A DNA stretch of 64,000 nucleotides, from the NCBI GenBank assembly GCA_013239625.1, contig MU056277.1, positions 2,458,076 through 2,522,075 on the forward strand, in the 5' to 3' direction. Source of the DNA: Lama guanicoe (Eukaryota). Below are positions 1 through 13,700 of this stretch, in pieces. The notes under the pieces were generated by a model. The model made no database searches, was not told the origin of the DNA, and was given only the letters and a program-made list of their open reading frames with translations. A program made the position numbers and the translations under genes. The stretch's first letter is position 1. The number at the start of each line of letters is the position of its first letter.

Positions 1-1643
1 TCGATTTAAAAAGCTTTGGATTGGGGAGAAGAACCATGTTTTTCTTTCCTCCCCCATTTTGTTTTGGAGCCACAGAGATCAAGGTGGGTAATTTCCCGGA
101 AAACAGCACAGCAGCCTGGCCGGGCTCAGCGTGGCCTCCAGTCCTGCCCCCCGGCTGTCGCTGCCTCGCTGTGTGGTTGCTGATGACCACGTAGGAACAG
201 GAGCATCTGGGATAGAATTGTGGTGACAATTATCACAATTGTGGTTACTATACAGGAGGCTTCCCTGAGAGGGGAAGAAGCTAGGTCTACACAAAACCTA
301 GAGGTGGGGGCTGAGGGAGGAGGCGCCGGAGGTTTCCTTTCTTGCCCACGATCTTGAGTTCAGTGACAGAATGAGGTTTGGATGCACAGACCAGGACATC
401 CAAATTAGTGGTTTATAGTCTGGAGATCTAATTCTGCTACCTAATCAAAGTTTGGAGGCGGACAACCCAGGGCTGTCTTTCTGTTCTGCCTTTCTTTGCA
501 TGCGACCTCCATTGTCAAGTTCCGTCATGGTCCAAAATGGTGGCTGGGGCTCCACCTTTATGTTCACACTCCAGGCAGCAGGAAGGATGGATGGGATAAA
601 GGCAAAGGGACTGGCTCCTGTAAGAGGTTTCCTGTAGGACCACCCAAGTCCTTCATTAAGGCGGATGATTATCTGCTGGGAATCCAGCTGGCATGTTTCC
701 ACATTCAGTAATCAGGGCCTGCTGAATGGAAAGAGAGGATGGACGTGCAGGTGGGGAGAGTTTGGTGTGGAAGCAGGCTCACAGGTGCACCCAGGGAGCA
801 GTGCTGGCTGCCTGAGAGGGGAGCATGCACCTTCTCTGTGCACAGGGCGCAAAGGTCCTCCGTCCAGTCTTAGAAAGCGGCAGGTGTCTGGTTCACAGGC
901 TCCCTGAGGTCCAGGGGTGCTTGTTAATGAGGCTAAAGTGCTGGTGGAGCTGGGCACAGAGCAGAAGCTCCACAAGCGGCCGGTGTGACTACCGCAGTGT
1001 GCGGTGAAGCCAGGGACTTGGAACCTAGGGAGGGCTCGGCCGCCCTCGGCTCTGGTATTTACCAAGAACCCACTATGTGTGGGCGCCGTCTTAGGGGAGA
1101 GGGGTGCAGCAGGGAACCAGGGAGCCTGCACCTGCCTCACTGGGCTTGTCGTCTGGGGGACAGGCATCGGGGAAGTGAGCACAGGACGTGGTGACAGTGA
1201 CTGGAGCCCCTCTGGGTGCAGTGGGGGCTGCAGGGGAGGGCAGCCGGGCTCCTGCTTCTGACCGCAGGAGGGCCAGATGGAGGCGCGGATGAGGGAGGCT
1301 GTGCAGGTGGACGAGGGGCCCTAAGTGCGGTTCAGGGATTGATGGCGAGGAACCGGCAGAAACCTCAGGGCGGGCGGAGGGGCAGTAAGAGATCCCGGTC
1401 GGAGGACCGGGGTTGGGTGAGAAGGAGCTGGGCAGTGGTGGTCTCCACGGCTTTTCAGAGGCCACTTCAGTGCACCTGAGGGGGGCCCTGGGGAGGGGCA
1501 GGGCGAGCGAATGCCAGGTTCCAGCGAGTGGGCGGCAGGGCTTCGGGGAAAGAGCCTCGCTGACCCCGAAGGTGCCCATGTTTGCTAGGACCCCTCCCCG
1601 AGCCCGGCCCTGCACTAATCAGCTCCTTGTTTGCCCTCCCCAG

Positions 1644-1786
1644 AAGGATTTGAGAGAAGAAAGAAGACATGCCTGTGGTTTGTGGGGTCTCTGCTGGTGG
1701 TGTCCACCTTCATCCTGACCATCGGCCTCGCCGCCACCACCAGGACGGAGAATGTGACCGTGGGGGGCTACTACCCTGGGATCATC
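1644..1786 (+). CDS. TMEM255B: TMEM255B exon 2 (143 nt; first TM segment, NVT sequon)
   Basis: ccctccccag|AAGGA...ATCATC|gtgagt; (E)[47 protein letters not shown]. Confidence 0.93.
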
Positions 1787-4700
1787 GTGAGTGCCGCAGT
1801 GCCTGGGTCTGCCGGGAGGGGCGGAGGGGCCGGGGGCCCCGGCGGACACAGATTTCTGTGAGGTAGTGACACGCTCCACCCCAGCCCCGCAGAGGAGGAG
1901 GTTAGGGTGTGGCTGTGGTGGGCTGCACAGCAGAGCACGGTCAAGGCTGCTGGTCAGCTGGCCACAGAGGGGTGAGTGTCCTGCACCGCCAGGTGGCCCG
2001 GTGGGAGCACGGGGTCCCAAGGAGTCGGGAGGGACAGGGGAGGGGTCAGAGCCCAGGGGTGGGAAAGGCCCCAGCCCAGTCTCCCCGGAGTCCCCCGAGG
2101 GAACCAGCCCTGTGACACCTGGATTTTAGCCCCATAAGACCAAACCAACCAAACCAACCGTCGGAAAACAGACATGGAGCTTTCCAAGGTGCCTGCCCCG
2201 AAGCCTCCATCGAAGACTCGTTAGTGACACAGTCGCGTGGGGACAGCAGGTGGAGGAGCTGGCGTCACCCCTCCTGACTTCCACTTCTGGGCAGGAATGC
2301 CAGTAAACCGACAGCCTAACCAGACCGGGCAACAGCAGCCCCCAAAGTCAGCATCACCCAGCGGAGTTCTGAACCAGGAACCCACGTCCTTGTGCTAGCA
2401 GTAGAACCTGCTCCAAGTGTCGGCAATGCACTCAGGGAACATCTGTGAAGTTGCCGTTAGCAGCTCTCGCCCTCCAAGGGCACCAGAACCTGAGTCACTG
2501 TGTCATTAAGTGCTGAACCAAGACTTAAAAACAGAAGTTTAATCTCACTGCGCTCACTAAAGTGTTATCAAGGTTAGTGACAACATTGGTAACATTTTTA
2601 GCAAGGATGAAATATTTGAAGACAGTTTGTAAAAATTGTTCATCTTTATGTGATTTTTACTTTTGTGTTTTGTGTGTGCTTTATAAGCCCACGTTCTCCT
2701 CCTCTGCGTAACTGACGAGTAGGCCTAAGGAAAGGGTCTGCGCTGAGTTTTCTCAGCGAAATCCCACGAGACTGCTGCTTTGCCCAGGTCCTGGGTGGGC
2801 GGGGAGCCTGGGGTTCAGGGCCGTGAGGATGCGTCCCCCCGAGTACTCGCAAAGCGTCAGGGTCAGCCTCAAGGAGCAGCTTTTTGGCCTGTTCTCCAGG
2901 CTTCGCTGATTCGGGATTTCACTGTGAGGTCACACGCACAGCAGCCTGGGTGTGTTCAGAGCCCTGCTCTGCGAGGAGCCTGATTCCGGGGCTGTGGCCA
3001 GGAGGAAACTGGCTTCCACTGAACGGTTCTGAGAGCAAACTGTGGACACGACAGATGGGATTCGCCCAACGAGGACGTGGATAAAATCACTTTTGTGGAG
3101 ACACTGCGTTGACCTGGAGACCTAGAGCCAAGGGAGGGTCTCAGGGGGACCCCGGGTGGGAGGGAACAGACGCCATGACGTTTTGGAAAGAGGATTTTTT
3201 TTCAAATCCCCCAAAATGAAACTTAGTGAAATGTAACGGATGTATTTTGGCACTTTCATGCTGGAGTGGGATTTTGATATTCTGAGCTGTGAGAGGGACT
3301 GTTGTATTTTGAAGAAAACGCCCACCTTTCCTTTATTATTGGTGGAAACTGTGCACTCTGGTCCGGCTGCAGATGTGCCTGCAAAGACATCCCACATGAG
3401 CAGGTTGGATTTTAGTGCATTAAACTTGGCCCCACAGCCTAGGGCAGCCACAGTTGTGCTGGTCAGCTGGTCACCTGTCCCCAGGCTGGCTGCGGGCCAG
3501 CCCCAGATGGTCGCTCAAAGTCGGAAGCGCAGGGCTCACCTGCGGCAGGCGGGACTGCAGCGCAGCGCAGCTCCCTGCGGCCTGGGAGATGCTCCTCACC
3601 CGCTATTCTGAGCTTCAAGCTGAGGGGAAAGTAGGAACTTCCTCCACCAGGCCCGCACGCCCGGGCCGTGCTTGGGTGGAGGGACCCTTCTCCTTGACAT
3701 CCACGCAGCCGTGTGGGTTCCCCCAGCATCGCCACGTCACTTGCGCCTGGGGGCTGAGAGCGGGGCTTCCTCCAGAACAGGCGGATCGATTCCCGCCCGG
3801 CGCCCGCCCCCAGCGGGAGTTCCCGCCCCCCTCGTCTGCTCGCCGCCGGGATCACCTGTCTGCCTGCGCACCCGAGTCAGCGCCCCCTTCCAAGCGGTGT
3901 CGTCTGCATAGTGTTGCGGCGACTGGCAGCGCCCCTGAAACGCGCTCGGCTCTGGTTTCCTGTGACCCCACCCGAGGAGCCGATCCTTCTCCGACTCCTC
4001 CGGCCTCCAGAGGGCTTCTCCTGCCCCCGCGCAGCGGCGGGGCTACCACGAGGACGACCGACCGGTCAGGGTGAGGGGCACGGGCCCTCTTTTCCTGAAA
4101 TCAGGTTAAACAGATGGGGGCATTAACGTATGTGAAGACAAGACCAGACGGGTCTGTTTCAGCGTTTCCATGCCAACCTGGTGGCGCCGGAGGCGCTCCC
4201 CCAACCCACCTCCGCTTAGCGGCTGGAGCTCCGAGGGGGCTGGCCGCCTGGCCCTCTGACAGAGCGCTTGGGTGGGCCGTCCCCTGTGCGTTGTCACCGC
4301 CCAAGGTCAGCGTTAGGCTCCAGGCCCGTGACCCGAGCGCTCTCTCTCTTGTCCTCCTTTGGTGTCAGCTGGGCTTCGGAGCTTTCTTGGGAATCATTGG
4401 CATCAACCTGGTGGAGAACAGAAGGCAGATGGTGAGCGTGGACATCGTTTCTGTCACGTGCTAGGGGGTAGTGGGTGGGAGGGGGTGTGTGGGTGTGGGN
4501 NNNNNNNNNNNNNNNNNNNNNNNNNNNNNNNNNNNNNNNNNNNNNNNNNNNNNNNNNNNNNNNNNNNNNNNNNNNNNNNNNNNNNNNNNNNNNNNNNNNN
4601 NNNNNNNNNNNNNNNNNNNNNNNNNNNNNNNNNNNNNNNNNNNNNNNNNNNNNNNNNNNNNNNNNNNNNNNNNNNNNNNNNNNNNNNNNNNNNNNNNNNN

Positions 4701-7700
4701 NNNNNNNNNNNNNNNNNNNNNNNNNNNNNNNNNNNNNNNNNNNNNNNNNNNNNNNNNNNNNNNNNNNNNNNNNNNNNNNNNNNNNNNNNNNNNNNNNNNN
4801 NNNNNNNNNNNNNNNNNNNNNNNNNNNNNNGGGGAGCACAGGCAGTGGCATGGGGACGGTTGAGCACCACCGTGTGCACGCGGCAGTGTCCAGCAGGTGC
4901 TGGCTGGTGGCAGGTGCTCGGAGACCAGCAGCCACAGTTAGGTCCTGCATTTAAGCACGTAGGTCAGTCAGGATATTCATGCTGCTTCAAAAGTAGACAA
5001 TAAAAAGCTGAGAAAACGTCAGCTAAAGAGCGTGCTCGTGACTCGCACGCACCCGAATGTGTAAGAACATTTCCTCTTCCCTTGATCTCCTTTTATTCCG
5101 GTGCTTTACAGTGGAAACATTGAACCCTACTCAACGTGGACAGAGCGGCATAGCAGCCTCTGCCCACCTCCCAGCGTCGTCATTGTCTCTGTAACTGTTC
5201 CACTGTTCAGTCTAGAGGGTGGAATCTAATCACCAGAAATGGCTTCACCGTTATCTCTGACCTGAGAGCCGCCAGTCATGTCGGCTTCTGCTGCTGCCCC
5301 GTTGCGGGTGGCTTACTGCTCTCTCCCCACCCAGACAGACTGAGGAGCCCGTGGTTTCACTGGTGGCTCTGCCATCGGGCGTGGTCCCCGTGGCCAAGGA
5401 TGGAGCTGTTATGGGTCTAAAGCAGTTTCCTCCCCCCACGGCCGTCCAGGTGGGAGCACTCAAACACATGCTGGAATCTTCCGCAACAGGGTTTAAAATC
5501 CTCAGACTAACTGAAGTCACTTAGAAGTCGATGAGCATGTCCCCTGGGGGGCAGGGCATCAGCCTGTGTGGGGGAGGGTCCCGGCTGTCCTTCCCGTGCC
5601 CCCTCTGCTTGGGGTCAGGGCATCACGGGCCCCTTACGGGCCCCTCCCCTTCTGTGCAGAAGCCCAGCTGGTCTCTGCTGCCCCCAGGACTGGGTGGGTG
5701 GGGCTGACACAGAAGGGCTGTGCAGGCAGACGAGGGCGCATGTTCCGAGGTCCTGGGTGCGCACGGCGTCTCTGGTGGGAAAGTGAAGTCACTGATTCCA
5801 TCTCAGAGCAGTTTCAGCCACCCAGCGACAACCATCAGTAACCGTTAATAACAGCCAATAATTGCCAGTGACCGTCAGTGACTGTCAACGACCACGAGTA
5901 ACTGTCAACATTACTTTGAGGCACCGGTTTCCCCCTGACTTTTCCCGAGTGAGGATCATCATCACCCACCCATTTCTTTCTTCATCAAATGTTTCCCAAG
6001 CATGCATGGCCCTGAGCTGGGCACTGGGCGGGGAGACTGGTCTCACGGACTTAGAGCTGTGCATGGAGCGTGGGGGGCGCTGGGGGAGGATGGGGAGAGG
6101 CAGTGGAGGCAGACAGGGCCTGGGGGTCTACTCCCAGGCTGGGATGGGAGTGGAGCTCGGTGGTTAAGGCTGAGACCCAGGGGCAGCTCAGCTCTGTCCA
6201 GCTCGAGATGTGTCGGTTCTGTTAATAGTTTCAGAGAACCAGCGTCAGTTCTCTTCACTGCTTGTCTGTTCTCCAGTCTCTGCTTTGACCTTTGTCACAC
6301 CTGCGCCCCCAGCTTCTGGTTGGTGGGACCCAGGAGGCCCACAGGGTGTTTATGCAGTGTACGGATAGTCAGAGGGGAGATGAGGGCCAGAGAGGCCAGC
6401 AGAGCAGAGACCGAAGGACTGGATGCAGCTCTGATTTGATGTTGGGGGCCTGGCTTCACCTGGAAGCAGCTCGTGGGGGCTGCGAGGAAGGGAACCCAGG
6501 GCACGGGCTTGGCCCTCGTAGCCCATCCTGTCCCCTGGAGTAGCCACTGGGAGCTTCACGCCAAAACTGAAACCAAAGTCCCAGGGGTCAAACCAGCCCG
6601 AATGCCTGGTGGAACCAGTAAATACTTCAGGTTAACCAGGGTGGGCGGGAGAGGCCGTGTGGAGTCTGTGACCAGGGGAAGAAGCAACCAGCTGACGTGG
6701 GAAAACAGCTTCCAATGGAACCGTGCTCTCTAAGGTTACAGGCGGAGCTCTGCAGGCGAGCCGTGGTCTCTAGTCAGTGGCTCGGTTTTCACAGGGTTTG
6801 GGTGAGAAACTCCACGGTGACTTTAGGCTCCTTTGGGGACTGAGCACTGGTTCTCAGGCTGCGGTCGTGGCCACTGGAGAGAGTGTAGGGGTCCTGGTGG
6901 GTTTGGAAGGGTTGACCCTTGGCCGCTCAGTGGGGAGGACAGACGGGAATTTTTATACTATTTTTGCTGTTTGTTTTGGTAAACCTGAAATCATTCATAA
7001 GAAAAGATAGAAAAATGTTGAAGAAATGGCCAACAGATGTGAGCAAAGGGCCTCTGCCTCCGTGAACACAGAGGAGTGTGTTTGAGGGCACAGGGAGCCT
7101 TTTTTGCCCATCAGCTCGGAAACCCCGAGGTTGGCCCTAGGCAGCATCTCCAGGCTTCGGGGGCAGGCGGCAGGCTGCGGGAGGAGCAAGCCCGCAGCGT
7201 CCTCTCGGGTGCTGAAGCGCGAGACCCTGCCCACGGAGCCCCGACTGCGAGCGTGGGTTCCTGCATGTCCCGGGAATCCACCCCGCAGAAATACTTACGC
7301 GTAAGCCCAGAGTTTTACATAGAACCGTGTAGCAGCGCTGTATTTGCAAGATGTCGCAGACGGTCACACTGCCCTGAAAGCCCCATCACCTCCGTGTGGG
7401 GCGGCACTGCATGCTCTGGGGTCCTCGGCCCCTCCCTCGCCTCCGGGGGCCTGACGCTGGCCTTGAGGGTCCGTCTGTGCTGAGCCCTGCCCTTCTGCTT
7501 CCAGCTGGTGGCAGCCATCGTGTTCATCAGCTTCGGGGTGGTGGCCACCTTCTGCTGCGCCATCGTGGACGGCGTGTTTGCTGCTCAGCACATCGTGAGT
7601 TTCCTTCACTCTTCCTGATGTTGGTCTCAGTTACTTTGGGTTTTAGAAAATCTGCAGAGTTAAGTTTCCTTTTGCAGGCGCAGCTCAGCACCCCCACTGT

Positions 7701-10700
7701 CTGTCTCCCCACTGGTGTTGGCCGACCGCGGTCTTGTCCCTCCTGCCCCTCGCTTCCTCCCGGGCTGACCCGGCTCTCCCCGCCGCCCCCGCCCGCAGCC
7801 CCAGCACATCATTGGAGCCAAAGTCCTCAACGCCCCACCGACTCTCCTCAAGTCTCTTTAAATCAACAATCTGCTGCCCTATGACTTCCCAGGTTTTTAG
7901 CTCAAATGCATCTTTCAGGAGGAGTGGCAGAATCTTCTGCCTCCGTGGCACCTGACGGCGTGGAAGTCTGGGCGGACGAGCCTGGCAGTGGATCTTTGAA
8001 CGTGAGCCACATCGGACGCTTGTGGCTTGGACCTGTGGGGCCCCCTCGGCCTCGGCACAGATCACATAATGCAATATTAAATTGCGTTAAAATCAGCCAA
8101 GGCAGCCAGCCGAAGGAAAAATGCAAAACCCGTTGTCAGACCGCATTGGATGTGTCCGGATCCCTTTTCTGTGTTTGTGGAAGTTCTGTTGCACGGTCAG
8201 GAAGCGGTCCTTCAAGTTCCAGTCAGGCAAGTCCGAGAGCGTCAGTTGGAGTGCAGTGCAGCGGCCGTCCTCATCAGAAGCACCGAAGCGCTTGCCTGAC
8301 CATCAGCCCCGTTTCCCTTGAAGTGAGCCAGCCCTGGTCACGTGCAGTGGTGCTTCCTGCGTTCGTCCACCAGTTGGTACCTTCGTCTTAGGACTCAAAG
8401 GTGGGGAGACCGTCGGGTCTGTGCTGGCGCTGCACCTGCTGTCTGCTTGCCAAGGGGTCTTGACCGTCACCCTGTCCCGCTCGAGCCCCCTTCTCAGCCC
8501 CCGTTCCAACGAGGCTGCCACAGTGAAGTCATGGCTACGTTTCCTGAGGAACCTCATTAGGCATTCTATGGCCTTGGACAGAAGTGACTGGGCTGAGATG
8601 CAGACTCAGTCACGTTCACTGCCCCACCCGCCTCCAAGCTCGTCCACGGGTACAGCAGCGTGTGACCGTGCTGTCGGGGCTTCTGCTGTGGACAGAGTGC
8701 TCCCATCCCCCAGACTGATGTGTTGAAACCTTACCTCCAGAGAGATGGGTCCTTAACAGGCGATGAGGCCCTGAGGGCGTGGAAGGAGGGATGGATGGAT
8801 GGAAGATGGGTGGGTGGTTGCGGGTGGAGGGATGGAGAGACGTACAAGTAGAGGGATGAATGGATGGGTGGCTGTGGATGGAGGGATGGAAGGATGGGTG
8901 AGGGGTGGATGAACGAATGGAGAGATGGACGAGTGGACGAGTGGATGGATGCATGGAGCAATGAAGAGATGGTGGAGGGTTACGTAGATGGTTGAATGAT
9001 TAAGCCATCAGATGGACGATTGGCTGGTTGGATGGATGACGGAGTTACTCTGAAATCCGTCTTGCTCCTTTCCTAGTAGTAAAAAGAGTTTTGCTTTTAG
9101 GAAAAGAGGTAGGAGCCAAGGAGTCTCTCTGGGCTGTGTGTGAGTGCACAGTCGTCTCCCTTCAGCTGCCTTGAAGTTGGGGGAAGACGCGTCCATCTGG
9201 CCGCAGGGCAGGGCGGCTGCTCACCCACCCTCTGGGCACAGGAGCCCAGCTGCCCAGGGATGAGCCACGTGCTTCCTGCCTCTCGGTCTCCTTCTGGGAG
9301 GCTCTGGTTGGTGCTGGCGTCTCCGCTTTAGACTCAGCGTCTGAAGTCGCCTCTGGCTGCTCTGGATTTGGGGCTGAAACCACTCCATTCCATTTGTGCC
9401 TCGTCTCCAGGAACCCAGGCCCCTCGTGGCGGGAAGGTGTCAGTTTTACTCCAGCGGAGTCGGATACCTGCACGACGTCTACCAGACGGAGGTAAGCAGC
9501 GGGGCCGGTCTGGCTCCGCGACCCGGTGGTCTCTGCCCGTTGACCTCACACACGTGGGTGGCGGGGGTCCTCCTGCCGGTTGCAGAGCGCTGGGGGAGGG
9601 AGGAAGGTGCATGTTTCTGCCCCAGTCTTGCTGCTTTCACATCAAAAGCTGCCCAAACACCTGCACCCCAGTGCCGCAGGCGCCCGAGGGGAGGCCTGCG
9701 GGTGGCTTGGGGTGTGCCGGCTTGGTCCAGTCGTGCTGCCCGGAGCCCTCTCCCTCCCCTTGTCCAGTGAGTGTTGGCCACCTGGCCTCCTGGGGTGGCT
9801 GAACCTAGTCCTCGGACTCCTCCCAGCCCTGCTGCACCCGGTCTGGGGGAGGGAGGGGTGGGTCAGGAGGGGCAGTGGTCTGACTGAGGGGCAGAGTGGC
9901 TGGGTCCCCCCTTCCCCCAAGGGAGGCCTCTGCCCACCTGGAGTGAGGCCGGCGGGGACCTGACGGGTCTCTGCTCGCAGGTCACCTGTCACTCCCTGAA
10001 CGGAAGGTGTCAGCTGAAGGTTAGAAGCAACACCTGCTACTGCTGTGACCTCTACAGCTGTGAGAGGTGAGAGGGGCCTGACGGCTGGGGGAATCAGAAC
10101 CCTCCCTGCATTGTCTTTTAAATTTTGTGTTACTAGCTTGAACGCCTACATTAGAACTAGCAGGGAGCTGAATGTTTGCTTCTTGGGGCCCCGTCTCTGA
10201 ATTGTGGAAAACTCTGGGGGTCTAGGCTGCACCCCCTCCCTAAGAGTGGGGATCTACCCCGTTTCCACCCCAGTCAGGCTACTGGCAGCTCCTCGTGGCC
10301 GGGGCCATATGATGAGATGCCGTGGTCTAGACCCTGCACAGACCTCCGCAGGCCCAGGCCACGGGGCCAGGATGAGCCTCACTGGGGCTCACCCTCCCGT
10401 GTTCCCTGCCAGGGCGGCCAGGTGGAGAGGGCTCTGCTGTCAGCCTTTCTGCCCTGCTGGCTCTGAGGGCGACCAAGTCAAGGTTCCATCTCCCAGGGCC
10501 TGTGTTTGGGGCAGTCTTTCCTGCTCAGAGGCCTGTGCTCCCTCCCCAGGTGGACACCAAGCTCCCTGGGGACAGCCTTGCCCCGGGTCTTCAGGGTGCG
10601 CTCAACAGACAGCCCCGTCCCTCCATGGTCAGGGCCCCGGGACTTCTCAGCAAACGCCTGAGCACCTGGCTGGACACTGTGTCTCTGAGCCACCCTGCTC

Positions 10701-13700
10701 GCGGGATGCGTCACCTCAGTGCAGGTGTGGGTGACGCTGTTGTCCCCCCTGCCCCCGCGCAGCACTGAGCACCCTCCCGTCTACTACGAGTTCGTGGGCG
10801 TGAGCAGCTGCCGGGACGTGCTCCACCTGCACCGGCTGCTCTGGGCCTCGTTGGCACTCAACGTCCTGGGCCTGTTCCTGGGCATCGTCACTGCGGCCGT
10901 CCTGGGGGCCTTCAAGGACGTGGTGAGTAACGCCCGCCCCGTGCTGAGCAGACCAGGCCCACGGCCCCATCACCCTCACTCACAGATGAGGGGACAGGCC
11001 GGTGGGGCCCAGCCTCAGGGCTGTGCGTGGAAGCAGGGCCCTCAGTCCCCTCCCCACCTGAGGCTGGAGCCACTGAAGCCCACGCAGGGGGCACGACTTC
11101 AGCCGCAAGGGGACCTGAGCCTGGCACCCCCATGGCTGTGTCCACATGTGGATTGCCGGGGCCTCCCTCCCTCCCACCCCAAGCTCAGACGACTGTGAGG
11201 CCAGCCTCCTGGGAACGGGCTCCAGAGTCTGGGGCCTCCGGGGAGGGGCAGCTCTGCAGGGCCCAGGCCGGAGGCTGCTCTCGGGCTCTCCGCAGGGCAG
11301 TGTCCTCCCCAGGGACCCGTCTGTTCTGATTTAGGTTCTCACTGGGGCCAGACGCCACCTCCTGCAATGTCACCCTTCCTCCACAGACACCAAGGGGAGC
11401 TCACAGCCGCCCGGTGCCATCCAGCGCTAACGAAAACACAAATGTGTGCAAACACAGCCCCCGCAGGCCAGACCCCAGCCCCGTCCGCAGCTCAGACTGC
11501 CATGTGGTGGCTTGTCACCACAGCCCGGAGGCTCTGGCCATTGGCCACGTTTCTCAGCTTACCGGGAGCCTCCGAGATGTGACATGTTTCTTGAGGGTTC
11601 CCTGGCTCCAGACAAAACCTGAGATGCCACCGAGACCCTAAGCCCCATAACCACAGCCGTCCCGGCCCTCACCGGGCAGTGCAGCCGCTTGGTCGTGGGA
11701 TGTCTTTACACTCATGAGGGACGAGTGTCCCATCCTTCGAGGACGAGGGCCAGGAAGCCTGGCGTCCGCAGGGCCCCACGGTGCATCTGCACAATCCCCC
11801 GGGGTGGGGCCTTCCTGCTGTGGCCATGTCAGAGCTTTGCCCCTGGCAGATTATAGGAGAGCGAGGTTAGACCAGACTGACTCGCAGTGTGTCTGGTGAG
11901 CGTCCTGCCGGCCTGCGAGCTGGGGTAGAGGTTGGCCTGTCCCCGGGGATGGCGGTCAGCCCAGTGGGTTTCCGGAAGCAGCTCCAGAGCCCACTGAGGT
12001 TACGATAACCTTGCTGGAGTGTTCTCTCGGGAAGGTAGTAATATCCTGGGAAGGCCCTGGTCACACAGGCAGGACATGGAGTTCTGTAGACTCTGGACAA
12101 CCTCCTTCCATGAACCCAAAGCTCTGGGGGGTTGTAAGAAGCAAGGCAGGTGATTCCTTAAAGCAACTTTAATGGACCTTATAATTTAGGAATTATCTTA
12201 AGGGATGAAGACACTTCACTGACCACCCAAAGCCCTCGGCACTGAGGGCCGGGAGGGCCGGTCACAGACAGCTCATCCTGAGGGGAGCGGGGGAGCCTCG
12301 GGTCTGCAGAGGGTCTCCCGGGGCGGGGTTGCTCCAGCATCGTGGCAACACTTACAGACACCCGGCTTAAACTCAGCTGAAACCAGTCTGAGTGAGGAAG
12401 GGTCTGCATTGGCCTCGGGTATAAGAAGGCAGGTGGGAAGTCCTGCTGGCCCAGCCGGGGTCACATCGCAGTCACGGGGGCTCAGGGGTGACAAGGTGGA
12501 CAGGCGGTCATGCCAGACTGGGCAGACGCGGGACGGGAGGCTGGGGGTGGGGTCCAGCGTCCCCCTCGGAGTGGCCGTAGTGTCCCGGAATGAGGCTGCC
12601 TCGTGGGAGACCCCAACCCCTGTCCCCCCGGGACCCTGAAAGGCTGAGTAGGGCTAGGCGGCTCCTCTCTGGCCCTGACCCTCGACCCTCACCAGCCCTC
12701 TCAGCCCCAGCCCCCAGGCTCTCCCCTGTGGCCGGGAGGCCCCCAGCCATGCCTTGGACCCTGACGGCTCTCCGTGGCCTTGGGGCGTGGCTGCGGGCTG
12801 AGCCGGCTGGGTCAGGGCGTGTGCAGCTGGCGCTCGGCTCTGCTCGTTGGCGAATAAGGTGTCAGGGCGTCGCGGTGGCTGAGCTTGGGCTCTGCCTCGA
12901 GTTCTCCGTCCTGTGTCCCTGCTGCTGAGCCATCGGCTCCCTCCTTGGAGTTCGACTGACTCCTCGATGCAGTTCAGCGACAGGCAGGCCTCGTGCTGAG
13001 CTCCTGGTAGGAGGGCCTGGCTGGCGGGGCAGCTCTGGGGGCTCCCTGCTCCCCCTGCCCCTGCAGGCCCAGCCTCCCCACTGCCCAGCCCAGCCCTCAG
13101 CCGGCTCTGGTCACCTCCAGTGCTGCGATGAGCTTTCAGACCCTCTGCCCCTGCTGTGTGGCCCCTCCCCAGATCCACGGTGCCTGCCCCATGGCAGTCA
13201 GGCGGGAACCCAGTTCGTGCTCTTAGGGAAGGGTATGCCTCTGGTCTGGGAACCCTGAGGCCCCCAGGGGAGTGACTGGCCGCCCTCGGGGGAGGAGTCT
13301 GTCCCACGGCCCGTCCTCCCCCGGGGCTGGGTGAGCAGCCGAATCAGGCCCAGGTCCCGATTTCCCCTGGGGAGTCAGAGCCTCCCGTGAACTGATGGGA
13401 GCAGGAATTTGGGAAGTTCTGGTCTCGTCCGTGCTTCTCCAGAAATCCCTGCAACCAGAGCTCTCCCTCACAGCTGGGCCACGGGAGCACCTGTGGGGAG
13501 GGGCCCCCAAAGCCAGCCCCTTCCTCGTGGCAGCTGCGTGGGGACCCCACGACACAGGCCCCTGCAGTGGAGGGGCTGGGGTCTTCCTGCTCTTTCAGAA
13601 AAAGCACCAAGAGAGCCTGGCCTAGGCTGGCGGGTCCCTGGGACAAAAAACCGAGAAAACGAAAAGCGGGACTGAGCCCCCTTTTAGGGAGAGAGCCTGG

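Noticed and set aside
1-1643. TMEM255B exon 1 or promoter
   Set aside because: No matching N-terminal coding segment and no CpG island here; it presumably lies upstream of the window.
4294-5003. ORFs of 130-218 aa spanning the gap
   Set aside because: Artefacts of translating through Ns.
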